64,000 bases of DNA from Candidatus Latescibacterota bacterium (GTDB lineage Bacteria > Latescibacterota > UBA2968 > UBA8231), in assembly GCA_965248265.1 (NCBI GenBank), contig CBDFJF010000001.1, positions 864,001 to 928,000 of the forward strand, read 5' to 3'. Shown here piece after piece: positions 21,180 through 31,232 of the stretch (the stretch's first letter is position 1; each line of letters begins with the position of its first letter). The position numbers and the translations under genes are program-made. The notes beneath the pieces are model-generated. The model was not told the DNA's origin and did no database searches. It saw only the letters and a program-made list of their open reading frames with translations.

Positions 21180-22139
21180 ATGATTATCGACAGTCACATC
21201 CATGTGTTCGACCGGCGGGTAGCGGGCGCCGCAGACAACTTCCCGCTGTGGCCCGGGAACGAGTGGGGCGGCGATGAGGCGAATCTCCTGCGGCAGATGG
21301 ACGAGGCCGGCATCGACAAAGCGTTTCTGATCAGTTACACGCCGGTTGACGTCATGGCTCACTACACCCCCCAACGCCGGGATCACATGGTGGCCGTTTT
21401 CCAGCACTACCTGCGCCGGGACTATTTCATCGAGGTATGGCAACGGCATCCGGACCGTTTCTCCTGGTTCGCCGATTCGATTGATCCCCGCGTGCCCGGT
21501 TACGTTGAGAGAGCGGCACAGGATCTGGATCAGGGCGCAGCCGGCTTGAAGATGCTGCCGTTGTTCGTCGACACGGAAATGGGTGACCCGCGCTGGCGGC
21601 CGGTGTTCGAACTGCTGCGCGAACGGGACAAGCCCTGCATCATTGACCTCTCCTGGTGGTACGCGGATCGCTCCTACTTCGCTCCCAGCGTGTACGGGAA
21701 ATACACCTCTTTCACCGATTACGTAGAGGAATTCGGCAAGCTCGTCGCCGATTTCCCCGACCTACGGATCCAGCTTGCCCACTACGGCACGCCGAGGTTG
21801 GTCGACCGCGGCGATGCATCCAGGACAATTCACTACGACCGACTCGACGAAGTGATCGCCTTCATGCGCGAGCACCCGAGTCTGCACTGCGATCTGGGAG
21901 CCTACCAGCACCTGATCGCGCCGGAGGATCCCTTTCCATTCGAGTCATCCTTGAAGGTCGTGGAGTCACTTGTGAAGGGGTTGGGCGCCGACCGCATTCA
22001 CTGGGGCACGGATTGGCCGTACCTGAAGCTGCATCCCTATCCGGATCTGCTCCGGGCCATTCGCGAAGCACCCTTCCTGAGCAGGGTGGAAGCCGACCAG
22101 GTTATGGGCCTCAACGCGCTGCGCTTCCTGGAAGGGTGA
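21180..22139 (+). CDS. Amidohydrolase_2 family protein
   Basis: IIDSHIHV, LAHYG, WGTDWP, GLNALRF. Confidence 0.88.
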   Translation: MIIDSHIHVFDRRVAGAADNFPLWPGNEWGGDEANLLRQMDEAGIDKAFLISYTPVDVMAHYTPQRRDHMVAVFQHYLRRDYFIEVWQRHPDRFSWFADSIDPRVPGYVERAAQDLDQGAAGLKMLPLFVDTEMGDPRWRPVFELLRERDKPCIIDLSWWYADRSYFAPSVYGKYTSFTDYVEEFGKLVADFPDLRIQLAHYGTPRLVDRGDASRTIHYDRLDEVIAFMREHPSLHCDLGAYQHLIAPEDPFPFESSLKVVESLVKGLGADRIHWGTDWPYLKLHPYPDLLRAIREAPFLSRVEADQVMGLNALRFLEG

Positions 22140-22254
22140 TCCAGTTGGAACGTTAGTCCTGCAATTTGACCATCGTTCACAGAGTGTGATTTGGATCTAT
22201 TTGAGTCGAGATAGCGCAGGGATGCGCTGCAGGCAGCATCACTGAGTCCTGGAC

Positions 22255-22420
22255 CGTCGTGCGCGGCGATGGTTACAGCTACGACCTGGGCTACCAGATG
22301 CCCACTGAGCTGCCGGATAGTCGAATCTTCGCGGCCTACTGGTTCTGCACCAAGGAACAGGACGACCCCATCGAGGAAGTCCAGATCGACGCCACATCGC
22401 TGGAACCTTCTTCAGAATGG
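22255..22420 (+). pseudogene. C-terminal fragment of a BNR/sialidase-family protein
   Basis: RGDGYSYDLGY....LPDSRIFAAYWF is a typical sialidase-like tail. Confidence 0.5.
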
Positions 22421-22575
22421 ACTGAGAGACCAAATCACCTCATAATCCCAGACAGAGCGGAAAGCGACAACCGACACATGTCCCGCCAGGAGGACGAGTT
22501 TTGGCGGCGCTCACGCCGGCGGCACTATAGTTCGTACGCGAGACGGAGGCTGATATCCGCAACCGGGATGACATT

Positions 22576-24033
22576 GTGGCAATCAGTACAGGAACCCCGA
22601 TATCCAGGCTACCGGATACCGGCACGATATCGTTGTGCGTGGTCCTGGGCTTTGTGCTGTTGGGAGTGGGATGCACTACATCGACCAGGTTTGCGGGAAC
22701 TCCCCCACCAGGGCGACCGGTGGGCAGCTTGTGGAAGGTCGGTAGTCCGATAGTCTGGTACATGCAAGGCCCTGGGGCGGGCGGCGAGGAGAGTATCTGG
22801 ATCGACGGATCCCTACCCCCGAAACAAGAACAGGAGGAATCCGGTCCCCCTCGATTCGAAAAGATATCGCCGGCGGTCGCTGAGAAACTGGCTGAGGGCG
22901 GTTTCAACCTGATGTTCTGCCGGAATGTCGAGGACCTGGACAGCGCTCACGCTCACGGGCTGCGTGGGATGCTGTATGTTCACGAGGGGGAGCCGCCCTG
23001 GCGGAATGTGTTCGACACCAGTGCGCTGGATGACCCGGAGTGGCTTGCGAAACTCGACGCGCTCTTGGAGAAGGTGAAGGACCATCCCGCGATGTACGCC
23101 TACAACGTCTACGATGAGCCCGGAGCCAAGGAGTTTCCGGCGTTGGGCAAGATGGTGGCCTACGTCCGCCAGCGCGATCCCAAGCACATGATCTACATCA
23201 ATCTGTTCCCCACCTACGCCAGCGCTGCGGCGCAGGGCACCTCTGGCGATAAGGTGACCGCCTACAGGGAGTACCTCCGCCAGTTCATAGAGGTCGTGAA
23301 ACCCGACCTGATCAGCTATGACCACTACCACATGAGATACACCGACAGACCATTCGATGGGGGCGACTACTTCCTGAACCTGGCCCTGGTCCGGGAGGCG
23401 GCGGTGGAGAACGGCCTGCCCTTCCTCAACGTCATCCAGGCTGCCGCCATGGGTCCGGGCTGGCGCACCCCCAACGGCGACGAGGGAAGATTCCTGGCCA
23501 CCACAACTCTGGCCTACGGGGGTCAGGGTATCTGCCAGTTTGTCTACAACGCTTATGAAGGGGCAGAGCATTGGGGAGGGATTGAGAATCCCGATCGTAC
23601 GCTGACGCCTCTGGGCAAGGCCGTGCGCCAGATCCACCCCGAGTTTGTCGCCATCGGCGAGAAGCTGCAGCCGCTGACGTCTCTGGGGGTATATCATCTG
23701 GGCACCGTTCCCGAGGGCGGGGTGAAGCTGCCGGCCGACGCCAGCTTTACCGTGGATCCCCCGGTGGCTGCGGACACGGAGAGGGGGATTCTTCTGGGCT
23801 ACTTCGGTACCACCGACGACCCCACGCATGTGCTGGTCGTGAACCTGGATTACACCCGGGAGGTGACCACGACCGTCGTCGGCCCTGGCCCAATGGAGCT
23901 GTTCGACGCCGAGGAGCGGAAGTGGAACAAGGCCTCCGACCAGTCGCGGGCGACTGTGAGCCTGATGCCCGGTGGCGGTAAACTCCTGCGCCTACGGGCA
24001 ACACATCGGCTGAAAGCAAGGAGGCCAAAATGA
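22576..24033 (+). CDS. Putative lipoprotein with glycoside-hydrolase-like TIM barrel
   Basis: Hydrophobic stretch ending LLGVGC. HPAMYAYNVYDEP, YINLFP, ISYDHY, LAYGGQGI. Confidence 0.7.
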   Translation: MAISTGTPISRLPDTGTISLCVVLGFVLLGVGCTTSTRFAGTPPPGRPVGSLWKVGSPIVWYMQGPGAGGEESIWIDGSLPPKQEQEESGPPRFEKISPAVAEKLAEGGFNLMFCRNVEDLDSAHAHGLRGMLYVHEGEPPWRNVFDTSALDDPEWLAKLDALLEKVKDHPAMYAYNVYDEPGAKEFPALGKMVAYVRQRDPKHMIYINLFPTYASAAAQGTSGDKVTAYREYLRQFIEVVKPDLISYDHYHMRYTDRPFDGGDYFLNLALVREAAVENGLPFLNVIQAAAMGPGWRTPNGDEGRFLATTTLAYGGQGICQFVYNAYEGAEHWGGIENPDRTLTPLGKAVRQIHPEFVAIGEKLQPLTSLGVYHLGTVPEGGVKLPADASFTVDPPVAADTERGILLGYFGTTDDPTHVLVVNLDYTREVTTTVVGPGPMELFDAEERKWNKASDQSRATVSLMPGGGKLLRLRATHRLKARRPK

Positions 24034-24791
24034 GACTGATGCTGGCGGGCTGCGAGTACTCTGGAACGACAACTCTGTCCTACGCGATAGCAAAGTGGGT
24101 TAGGGAAAATATGGGCGAGCGCATCGGTTATCACGACCACTGGAAGCTGCCGCATATTAACCACGCACCAATCCAGACGCAGGCGGAGTTGGACGAGGTA
24201 TTCGAGGCATGGGCCGAGGGACGGGGAGAGGACCCTACCTATTCGGGTCTGACTCCGCATGAGCAGGAGCTCTTCAACGCCCTGACGCCCAGGATAAAGG
24301 AGTGCTTTCAGCGATACCATATAGAGTACCACATAAGTCAGGACTTCTACTCTCAGCCGCACCACAACATCATCGGGATGCAATATGATGAAGCCGTGTA
24401 CGCACCGCTGTACTACGGCTATGGAGGGCCGGGCCAGTATGCCGATCGCGAGCTAGTCGCCCGTCGAACTGAGGAAAAGATCATGAGGGCTGCCCCCGAC
24501 ACTGTTCTCGTCCTGACGAAGGCGGCGCCGGAGGTCATTGCTGCGCGGATGAGCGAATCCCCCCACCCTCATACTGTATTGCAGGAGAAGGACATTGAAT
24601 ACGTGTTGGAGAAGTTTGAGGACCAGTACGAGAGATCGCTGATAATGAGCAAGTTCACAGTCGACACCAGCACTGCGACCGTCGAGGAGTCGCTATCGGA
24701 GTTTGTCAGCAAGTACGAGCCGCTCCTGACCGACGCCGACCGCACGCGGATCCTGGTCCACAAGGCTAGGCAGAAGGGTGAATGGATTTGA
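24030..24791 (+). CDS. NMP-kinase-fold P-loop protein with atypical Walker A
   Basis: N-terminal GCEYSGTTT. ASPEVI..RM-like lid segment (AAPEVIAARM). ATGA overlap with the upstream gene. Confidence 0.65.
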   Translation: MRLMLAGCEYSGTTTLSYAIAKWVRENMGERIGYHDHWKLPHINHAPIQTQAELDEVFEAWAEGRGEDPTYSGLTPHEQELFNALTPRIKECFQRYHIEYHISQDFYSQPHHNIIGMQYDEAVYAPLYYGYGGPGQYADRELVARRTEEKIMRAAPDTVLVLTKAAPEVIAARMSESPHPHTVLQEKDIEYVLEKFEDQYERSLIMSKFTVDTSTATVEESLSEFVSKYEPLLTDADRTRILVHKARQKGEWI

Positions 24792-24906
24792 CCTCCATCT
24801 CGACCCTTGCGGTTTGCCCTCGATTGCCGCGCAGGTCTGTCCGCGGCCCCCTGGGATGTCCCGGCTGGAGTGCACGATGCGCCGATGGCACCATGGCGCG
24901 GTAGCT

Positions 24907-25250
24907 TCAGGTCCGCTTTACCTCCATGTAAGTGCCCAGGATCTCACTCTGGCCTGAATCATTGATGTCCGTCCGCGCATAGGCAACCAGTAGGGTGTCC
25001 GGCGCCACTTCTTCAACGCAGTCGTAGTTACAGGCGTCGTAGGCCTGTGGCCCGCGGTGAAAGCAGAAGTGTCCGATCCACGTGTGCCCCTGGTCCAGGC
25101 TGAACGCCAGCCAGTCTCCGGTCCGCCCGCAGGTCACGGCTATCACGCCGTTGGCCATCAGACACGCATTGGGCCACACGCCGCGGTCGGTGATCGGGTC
25201 GGCGTGACTCCAGCTCTTTCCCCCGTCGATGGACCGGCTCAGGTACCTCG
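24907..25250 (-). pseudogene. C-terminal fragment of a BNR/sialidase-family protein
   Basis: SRSIDGGKSWS and FSLDQGHTW Asp-boxes, no N-terminus. Confidence 0.6.
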
Positions 25251-25267
25251 GAGTCGTAGTGCCACAC

Positions 25268-25591
25268 CAGTTCCTGACGAAGGATTCTGGCAAGACATGG
25301 GAGCACTTCCAGACTGTCGTGATGTCACCGGGAATGAGAGCGGTCGATCGAGTTATTGACACACCGCCAGCATATGTCAGAGCCTCCGGAGTTGCTCCTG
25401 AACAGGGTCCGTTTCCGGCCGCAGGGCACCGCACGGTGCGGCACCCGCGTGTTCGCTTCATTGACGACAAGGCTTACCTACGGTATGACGATCGTCGCTA
25501 CACCCAACCCCACTCGAAATCGAGCTATTTCGGTTACAAACTCCGGATACTCCCTGTCTCCTGGTTCTATGAAGGAGATGCGTCGCTGTAG
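25268..25591 (+). pseudogene. C-terminal fragment of a second BNR/sialidase-family protein
   Basis: LTKDSGKTWEH Asp-box and KLRILPVSWFYE tail, no N-terminus. Confidence 0.55.
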
Positions 25592-25781
25592 TCTCGGCCT
25601 ACACAACCATCCGGCTACCTGACCGCTGACCATAGAGGGCCAACGCCTTGTCTGTGCCTTGGGAGCATCGTCGACAGAATCCGATGGTCGCCAGCCCCTT
25701 GTGATTGCTCAGCCCCAATCCCACATTCCTGACGGAAACAATCCTTTCCTGACACCCTCTTGGTGGATTCGCAGCGTACCT

Positions 25782-28700
25782 ATGACAAAACAGGTCATCT
25801 TTACAGGCTTTATTCTAATCAGCCTGGCGACAGTCGATGCCGAGCTGCCCAACTCCCCCGCGCAGTCCCCACGCTTCGAGAAGATCCCGACAGGGTTCGA
25901 TTTATACGCGATCCTTCAAGATCGGGACGGTTTTTGGTGGTTGGCCACGCAAAGTGGACTGGTCAAGTACAACGGCTACGATTTCCACCGTTACTCCGCT
26001 GGCGAGCACTCCATCACCGGAAACTTCGTGAACGCCCTCTACGAGGACAGCGAGGGTATCCTTTGGATCGGCACGACAAGCGGGCTCTGCTCTTATGACA
26101 AGGCGACCGATAGGTTCACTCAATACAAGCACGATCCCCGGCAGCCCGAAAGCATCAGCCACGACAACATCCTGATGCTCCAGGCGATCGTCGAGGATCG
26201 CGATGGAGCGATATGGGTCGGGACCTCAGACGGGTTGAACCGCTACGATAAGAGTGAGAAGCGCTTCACCCGTTACAGCAGCGACCCGACCGACGCCGCA
26301 AAGCTCATCGATAACTTCATAGGCGCGATAATCCGGGACCGACATGGCTTCCTGTGGGTCGGCACGGTCCACGGCCTGCATAAGTTCGATCCCACCAAGG
26401 GCATCGTTGTCGAGCGATACCCGAGCCAGCGTGACGACCCGATGAGCCTGCATGGCGGCAACGTCACCGCCCTCATGGAGGACAGCGGCGGAACGATCTG
26501 GGTGGGAACCCATGAGGACGGGCTGCAGAAGCTCGATCCTGTCACTCGGACCGTGACCCACTATGTCGCCGGCTCCGAGCGCGCATCCAGCCTGAGTAGC
26601 AATTTTGTCTTTTCGATGATCGAGTTCACGGACGGCAAGCTGTGGATCACGACGTTTGGGGGCGGACTCAACATATTCGACCCCGACACCGAGACGTTTT
26701 CGCCCTACCAGTACAACTCCGAGGTCAACGACCCCGATGGCATCAGCAGCAACGATCTCGTGGCCATCGTCATGGACAACTCGGGCGCAGTATGGATCGC
26801 CACCCTGGGCGGCGAGATCAATCGATACGACCCGGCGGGGCAGAGGTTCAAGACAGTGCGGCATGTGCCGGGTGTACATAACAGTGTGAGCAAAGGATCG
26901 TATATCGGCCAGATCATCGAGGACCGCACCGGCGTGGTGTGGATTGCCGTAGGGGGGGCGGGGCTGGACCGCTACGACCGCACGACCGGCGCGTTTACGC
27001 ACTACCGCCACGTTCCGGACGACCCCGAGAGCCTGCCGGAATCCTACGGGCACGCGCTCATCGAGGACACGCAGGGAAACCTATGGATGACGTCGATGAA
27101 TTGGATCGTCCTCGTCGACCGGGAGACGGGCAAAGCAAAAAAGACCTATCCTGCCAAGGCCTGGCCACACAGCCCCATCGAGGACCGCGGCGATCCGGAT
27201 ATCCTCTGGTTTGGCACCGGCGGCTTGGGGCTGCTGAAGTTTCACAAGCCCACGGGAGAAACGACCTATTTCGAACCGGATCCTTCATCCGAGACGAGCG
27301 TCAGCGTTGGCGTCGTCCTCTCCATCTACCAGGACGATGAGGGCTTCATCTGGGTTACGTCGCTGGGAGGCGGACTCGACCGATTTGACCCGCGTACCGG
27401 GAAGGTTGTAGCCAAGTACAAGCACGACCCCGACGATCCGAGCACACTCGCCAGCAACACCCTGTACCAATTTTTCAGGGATGCCTCGGGTACCTATTGG
27501 ATCGGCAGTGAAGCCGGACTGAACCGTTTCGATCCCAACACCGGAACGTTTCGCCGCTTTTCCGAGCGCGATGGCACGTTTCCGATGAGCTCGGCGGGGC
27601 AGATCGCGGAGTACCCGAGAGGCCAGCTATGGATAGGCGGTGACGGGGGAATCGTCCGCTTCGATCCCGAGACCGGCGATGCTCGGCTCTACAGAGTGGA
27701 CTTTCACATCGGGGCTTTTCGGCCACTGGTCACCAAGGACGGTGAGCTCTGGTTCTATGAAGACAACATCATCATCCGCTTTCACCCCGAGGCGATCACG
27801 GATGAGACCACCTCCACCTCTATCCCGGTGTACATTACCGCGCTCACGCAGCGCGGCAAGCCACTCAATCTGGGCGCTGCGTCCGAGAAAAGCCGATCGA
27901 TCCATCTCGATTGGCGAAACAACTTCTTCGAGTTCGAGTTCGCCGGGTTGGACTACCAGAGGGTCGGTGACATTCAGTACCGCTATCGGCTCGAAGGCGT
28001 CGACAAGAATTGGTACGAAGCCGGCACCACACGGCGTGGCCGCTACACCGGCTTGCAGGGAGGAACCTATGCGCTCCAGGTTATGGCGACCAACAAAGAC
28101 GGCCAATGGAGTGACCGCATGGCCGAGCTGAGCGTCGTCGTAGACCGACCACCCTGGCAAACCTGGTGGTTCAGGATTGTTGCAGGTGTATCTGTTTTGG
28201 CTTTGGCGTTTGGCGGGTACAAAAGAAGGATAAGAAATATTGAGACCCAAAAGAAACAACTTGAAATTCAGGTAGCAGAACAAACCAAAGAGATACGAGA
28301 TACGCAGGTGCAGTTGGTGCAATCAGAAAAGATGGCGGCGTTGGGAAAGCTTACTGCAGGCATTGTTCATGAAATTAATACGCCGGTTGGTGCACTCAAA
28401 AGTACAGTGGACACCATGAGTCGATGTGGCGCTAAGATAAATCAAATTTTGGATAACAGTAACACCCTTGCTGAACTCAAAGATAACAGTGTCTATCAGA
28501 AGTCTCTTCAAATCCTCGAAGAAAATCGTCAGGTCGCATCATCGGCCGGTGAAAGAATTGTGAAAGTTGTAACTAGCTTGCGAAATTTTACCAGACTGGA
28601 TGAAGCCGAATTCGAAAAGGCAGACATCCATGAAGGATTGGATAGCGCCTTGACGCTAATCCAACATGAAATGAAAGACCGAGTGAGCGTTGAAAAAAAT

Positions 28701-29075
28701 TATGGTGATATTCCCGAGATTCGATGTTATCCAGCCGAGCTTAATCAAGTTTTCATGACTTTATTGCGGAATGCAGCGCAAGCGATTGAAAACAAGGGTA
28801 CCATCGCCATCAAAACATCTACAGATGAGAAAAATGTGTATGTGAAAATTTCAGATTCGGGAAAAGGTATGCCCCCAGAAAAAATGAAGACGCTTTTCGA
28901 ACTAGGTTTTACAACAAAGGACACCAGAGTCGGGTTGGCCATGGGTTTGAGTAATGCGTACAACATTATTCAAAACCATAAAGGTGAATTAAGGGTAGAA
29001 AGTGAAGTAGGCAAAGGCAGCACTTTTACGATTAATTTGCCGATGGATTTGAAGGAAACTTTCAAACCTGTGTAA
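25782..29075 (+). CDS. Sensor histidine kinase with Reg_prop beta-propellers, Y_Y_Y domain, TM, HisKA and HATPase
   Basis: Repeated ED..G.LW(I/V)GT..GL..(Y/F)D blades, YRYRLEG...YTGLQGGTY, PPWQTWWF, HEINTP H-box, NQVF..LLRNA, DSGKG. Confidence 0.92.
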   Translation: MTKQVIFTGFILISLATVDAELPNSPAQSPRFEKIPTGFDLYAILQDRDGFWWLATQSGLVKYNGYDFHRYSAGEHSITGNFVNALYEDSEGILWIGTTSGLCSYDKATDRFTQYKHDPRQPESISHDNILMLQAIVEDRDGAIWVGTSDGLNRYDKSEKRFTRYSSDPTDAAKLIDNFIGAIIRDRHGFLWVGTVHGLHKFDPTKGIVVERYPSQRDDPMSLHGGNVTALMEDSGGTIWVGTHEDGLQKLDPVTRTVTHYVAGSERASSLSSNFVFSMIEFTDGKLWITTFGGGLNIFDPDTETFSPYQYNSEVNDPDGISSNDLVAIVMDNSGAVWIATLGGEINRYDPAGQRFKTVRHVPGVHNSVSKGSYIGQIIEDRTGVVWIAVGGAGLDRYDRTTGAFTHYRHVPDDPESLPESYGHALIEDTQGNLWMTSMNWIVLVDRETGKAKKTYPAKAWPHSPIEDRGDPDILWFGTGGLGLLKFHKPTGETTYFEPDPSSETSVSVGVVLSIYQDDEGFIWVTSLGGGLDRFDPRTGKVVAKYKHDPDDPSTLASNTLYQFFRDASGTYWIGSEAGLNRFDPNTGTFRRFSERDGTFPMSSAGQIAEYPRGQLWIGGDGGIVRFDPETGDARLYRVDFHIGAFRPLVTKDGELWFYEDNIIIRFHPEAITDETTSTSIPVYITALTQRGKPLNLGAASEKSRSIHLDWRNNFFEFEFAGLDYQRVGDIQYRYRLEGVDKNWYEAGTTRRGRYTGLQGGTYALQVMATNKDGQWSDRMAELSVVVDRPPWQTWWFRIVAGVSVLALAFGGYKRRIRNIETQKKQLEIQVAEQTKEIRDTQVQLVQSEKMAALGKLTAGIVHEINTPVGALKSTVDTMSRCGAKINQILDNSNTLAELKDNSVYQKSLQILEENRQVASSAGERIVKVVTSLRNFTRLDEAEFEKADIHEGLDSALTLIQHEMKDRVSVEKNYGDIPEIRCYPAELNQVFMTLLRNAAQAIENKGTIAIKTSTDEKNVYVKISDSGKGMPPEKMKTLFELGFTTKDTRVGLAMGLSNAYNIIQNHKGELRVESEVGKGSTFTINLPMDLKETFKPV

Positions 29076-29477
29076 ACTTCATCGGGATTTTTTAGCCGTT
29101 AGGTTGAGCGGCCGTGTACACATAGGAACCACTTGTGATCGCAACGGTTGGTTGCGCGTCAATCCACCGTTCACCAGGTACGTACGCCAGATGAGCGGAT
29201 TACGGCAACATGCGTCAGGGCCGCGTCGTTGGGCATCGAGGGCGCAGAAGCGCTGGCTCGAGGAGAACGCGAGATTGGGTTGGACGAAGATGCGATTGCC
29301 GAATCAGCTCGGGGCCGGGCATCGCACTGTCAGGACGATGCTCGGTTCGTCGGAGAACGAGCGAGAAGGACCCGCAATTGCGCCTCGAGCGCAGCTAGCC
29401 GAACATTGCGTTCGAATACACTTTCGCATCACATAGCTGAGAGTGGGGCAGATCGCCCCCTGAGGACCGCGAGCAAA

Positions 29478-30986
29478 GTGTCCGGACCCGCCACTGAGAT
29501 CACCGAATTCATCGATCGCACCCTTGCCGGACGCACCTCGACGGCGGGCGGGTTCCGCTTCGGCGTGCTGGCCGACCTGCACATCTGGGGGTCCAACCAG
29601 CTGTGGGCAGATGAAGAGGTGCGCGAGTGTCTGGAGCGCTGCCGCGACGGTGGGGCGGCCTTCGTGTTCGTGGTCGGCGACCTGGGGACCACGGAGACGG
29701 AGGTCCCGCGAGAGGGAGGTAGGGCGCGCCTTCCAGATGTATTCAACGAGTGCATCGCCGCGGTTGAGGGGTGTCCCCCCGTCTTCTTCAGTATGGGCAA
29801 CCACGAACCGGACGGAGAGGGCAAGAGCTCCTGGTTGCGGGCGCTGTATCCGGGGGTCTTCCCCGACCTTGAGGGCAGCGCGAACGAGCGCTTCTTCTAC
29901 TACTCCTTCGACTTTGGGGGCTGCCACTTCGTCGCCCTCGACAGCCACGGCACGGTGCCGGACGCGCCGCCGATGTGTATCGGTGGCGGCCCCACCCATT
30001 TCGCGCGACTGCCTGAAGAGGAGCTGGCCTGGCTGAGGCAAGATCTGGAGCGGCACAGCGGCCGGCTCACCTTCGTTTTCATGCACGAGCCGGTCGTGCA
30101 GATCACACACAACCGACCCTGGCACCTCCTGCAGAATCGCGGCCGCCTCCTCGGTGAGTTGCAGCGCTCCCCCGACGTCCAGTGGGTCTTCCAGGGGCAC
30201 ATCCACCACCTCAGCCAGGTGTGCGGCTATGGTCTGAACCTGTGTCATGTGGGACGCCGCGTCCCGCAGCTCGTCGAGGTTGACGGGGAAACCGCCGAGC
30301 TCTTCGACTTGCTCCCGGGCGGCGTCACCACGCCAGTACAGTTCACCCGCGTTGAGGACTACGAGCGGGATCGCTGGGCCCGGCGAGACGGGCGCGTCGT
30401 CTACCGCCTCGCGGAGCAAGGTCCGCAGAGCGACCGAGGGCTCTTTGAATGCGCCACCCTCGTCGGAGCGGATGGAGAAGTCACACCGCCCGAGGGACAG
30501 GGGACGATGATTCGGGTGTCGCAGGCGCTAGAGAGAAAGGAGCCGGGCCAGGTCCAGGACCTGTATGGCTACCTGGCCATGGACTTCATCCTGCCGATCT
30601 ACGACGGCATGACGTTCGAGTATCAGGTCCACTGGTCGGCCGGGGCGCCCCACGACCATTTCGCTCTGGTGCCGATCATCAACACGGCCGGCGGCGAGGA
30701 GTATGGGATGCTGCACGACCAGGAGGGCCTGCCGATCGATACGCACCCTGAGCGCCCCCTGGACAGCTACTACAACCTGGGATCGAACGACGGACGCTAC
30801 TGCGCCCCCAGCCTGGAAGGTCGAGCCACCGGCGTCTGGTGGCCCCGCGTCTGCGACCTGTCATACCTGGCCGGTAGCTGGATCGTCGGCGTCGTCGCTT
30901 GCGCGACCCCACCCCTGGAGAAGGCCGTCGAGGCGGGCGCGCTCCGGTTCTACCTGAGCGACATCAGTCTCACGTGGCGGGCGTAA
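29478..30986 (+). CDS. Calcineurin-like metallophosphoesterase with unknown C-terminal domain (start uncertain)
   Basis: ADLH, GDLG, GNHE, FMHEP, GHIH motifs. Confidence 0.8.
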   Translation: MSGPATEITEFIDRTLAGRTSTAGGFRFGVLADLHIWGSNQLWADEEVRECLERCRDGGAAFVFVVGDLGTTETEVPREGGRARLPDVFNECIAAVEGCPPVFFSMGNHEPDGEGKSSWLRALYPGVFPDLEGSANERFFYYSFDFGGCHFVALDSHGTVPDAPPMCIGGGPTHFARLPEEELAWLRQDLERHSGRLTFVFMHEPVVQITHNRPWHLLQNRGRLLGELQRSPDVQWVFQGHIHHLSQVCGYGLNLCHVGRRVPQLVEVDGETAELFDLLPGGVTTPVQFTRVEDYERDRWARRDGRVVYRLAEQGPQSDRGLFECATLVGADGEVTPPEGQGTMIRVSQALERKEPGQVQDLYGYLAMDFILPIYDGMTFEYQVHWSAGAPHDHFALVPIINTAGGEEYGMLHDQEGLPIDTHPERPLDSYYNLGSNDGRYCAPSLEGRATGVWWPRVCDLSYLAGSWIVGVVACATPPLEKAVEAGALRFYLSDISLTWRA

Positions 30987-31232
30987 GGTGCAGCCCTTCT
31001 CGATGTTACGGTGCGATCTGTCGCATCGGCTCCTCGGCCAGTTCTGTGAAGCCGGCGAGATCCCTTCTCGACTTCCTCTGCTTCAAGATCAGTTGAGGAA
31101 ACGCCATTTCGCTTCGCCCTTCGCGCATACCTCACATTGTCGCTCAGGTCCCGGGGGGCGCACAAGCCGACACACGGCGGCTGCCGCGAGATCGCGCGAT
31201 CATCCTCGGGCAAAGTCGAGAAAGGATTCGCC

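Noticed and set aside
29148-29477. Long N-terminal extension of the metallophosphoesterase, and similar extensions at 4763, 37691, 38907 and 59301
   Set aside because: Non-protein-like composition upstream of the recognisable domain. Later starts with an RBS or family-typical N-termini fit better.
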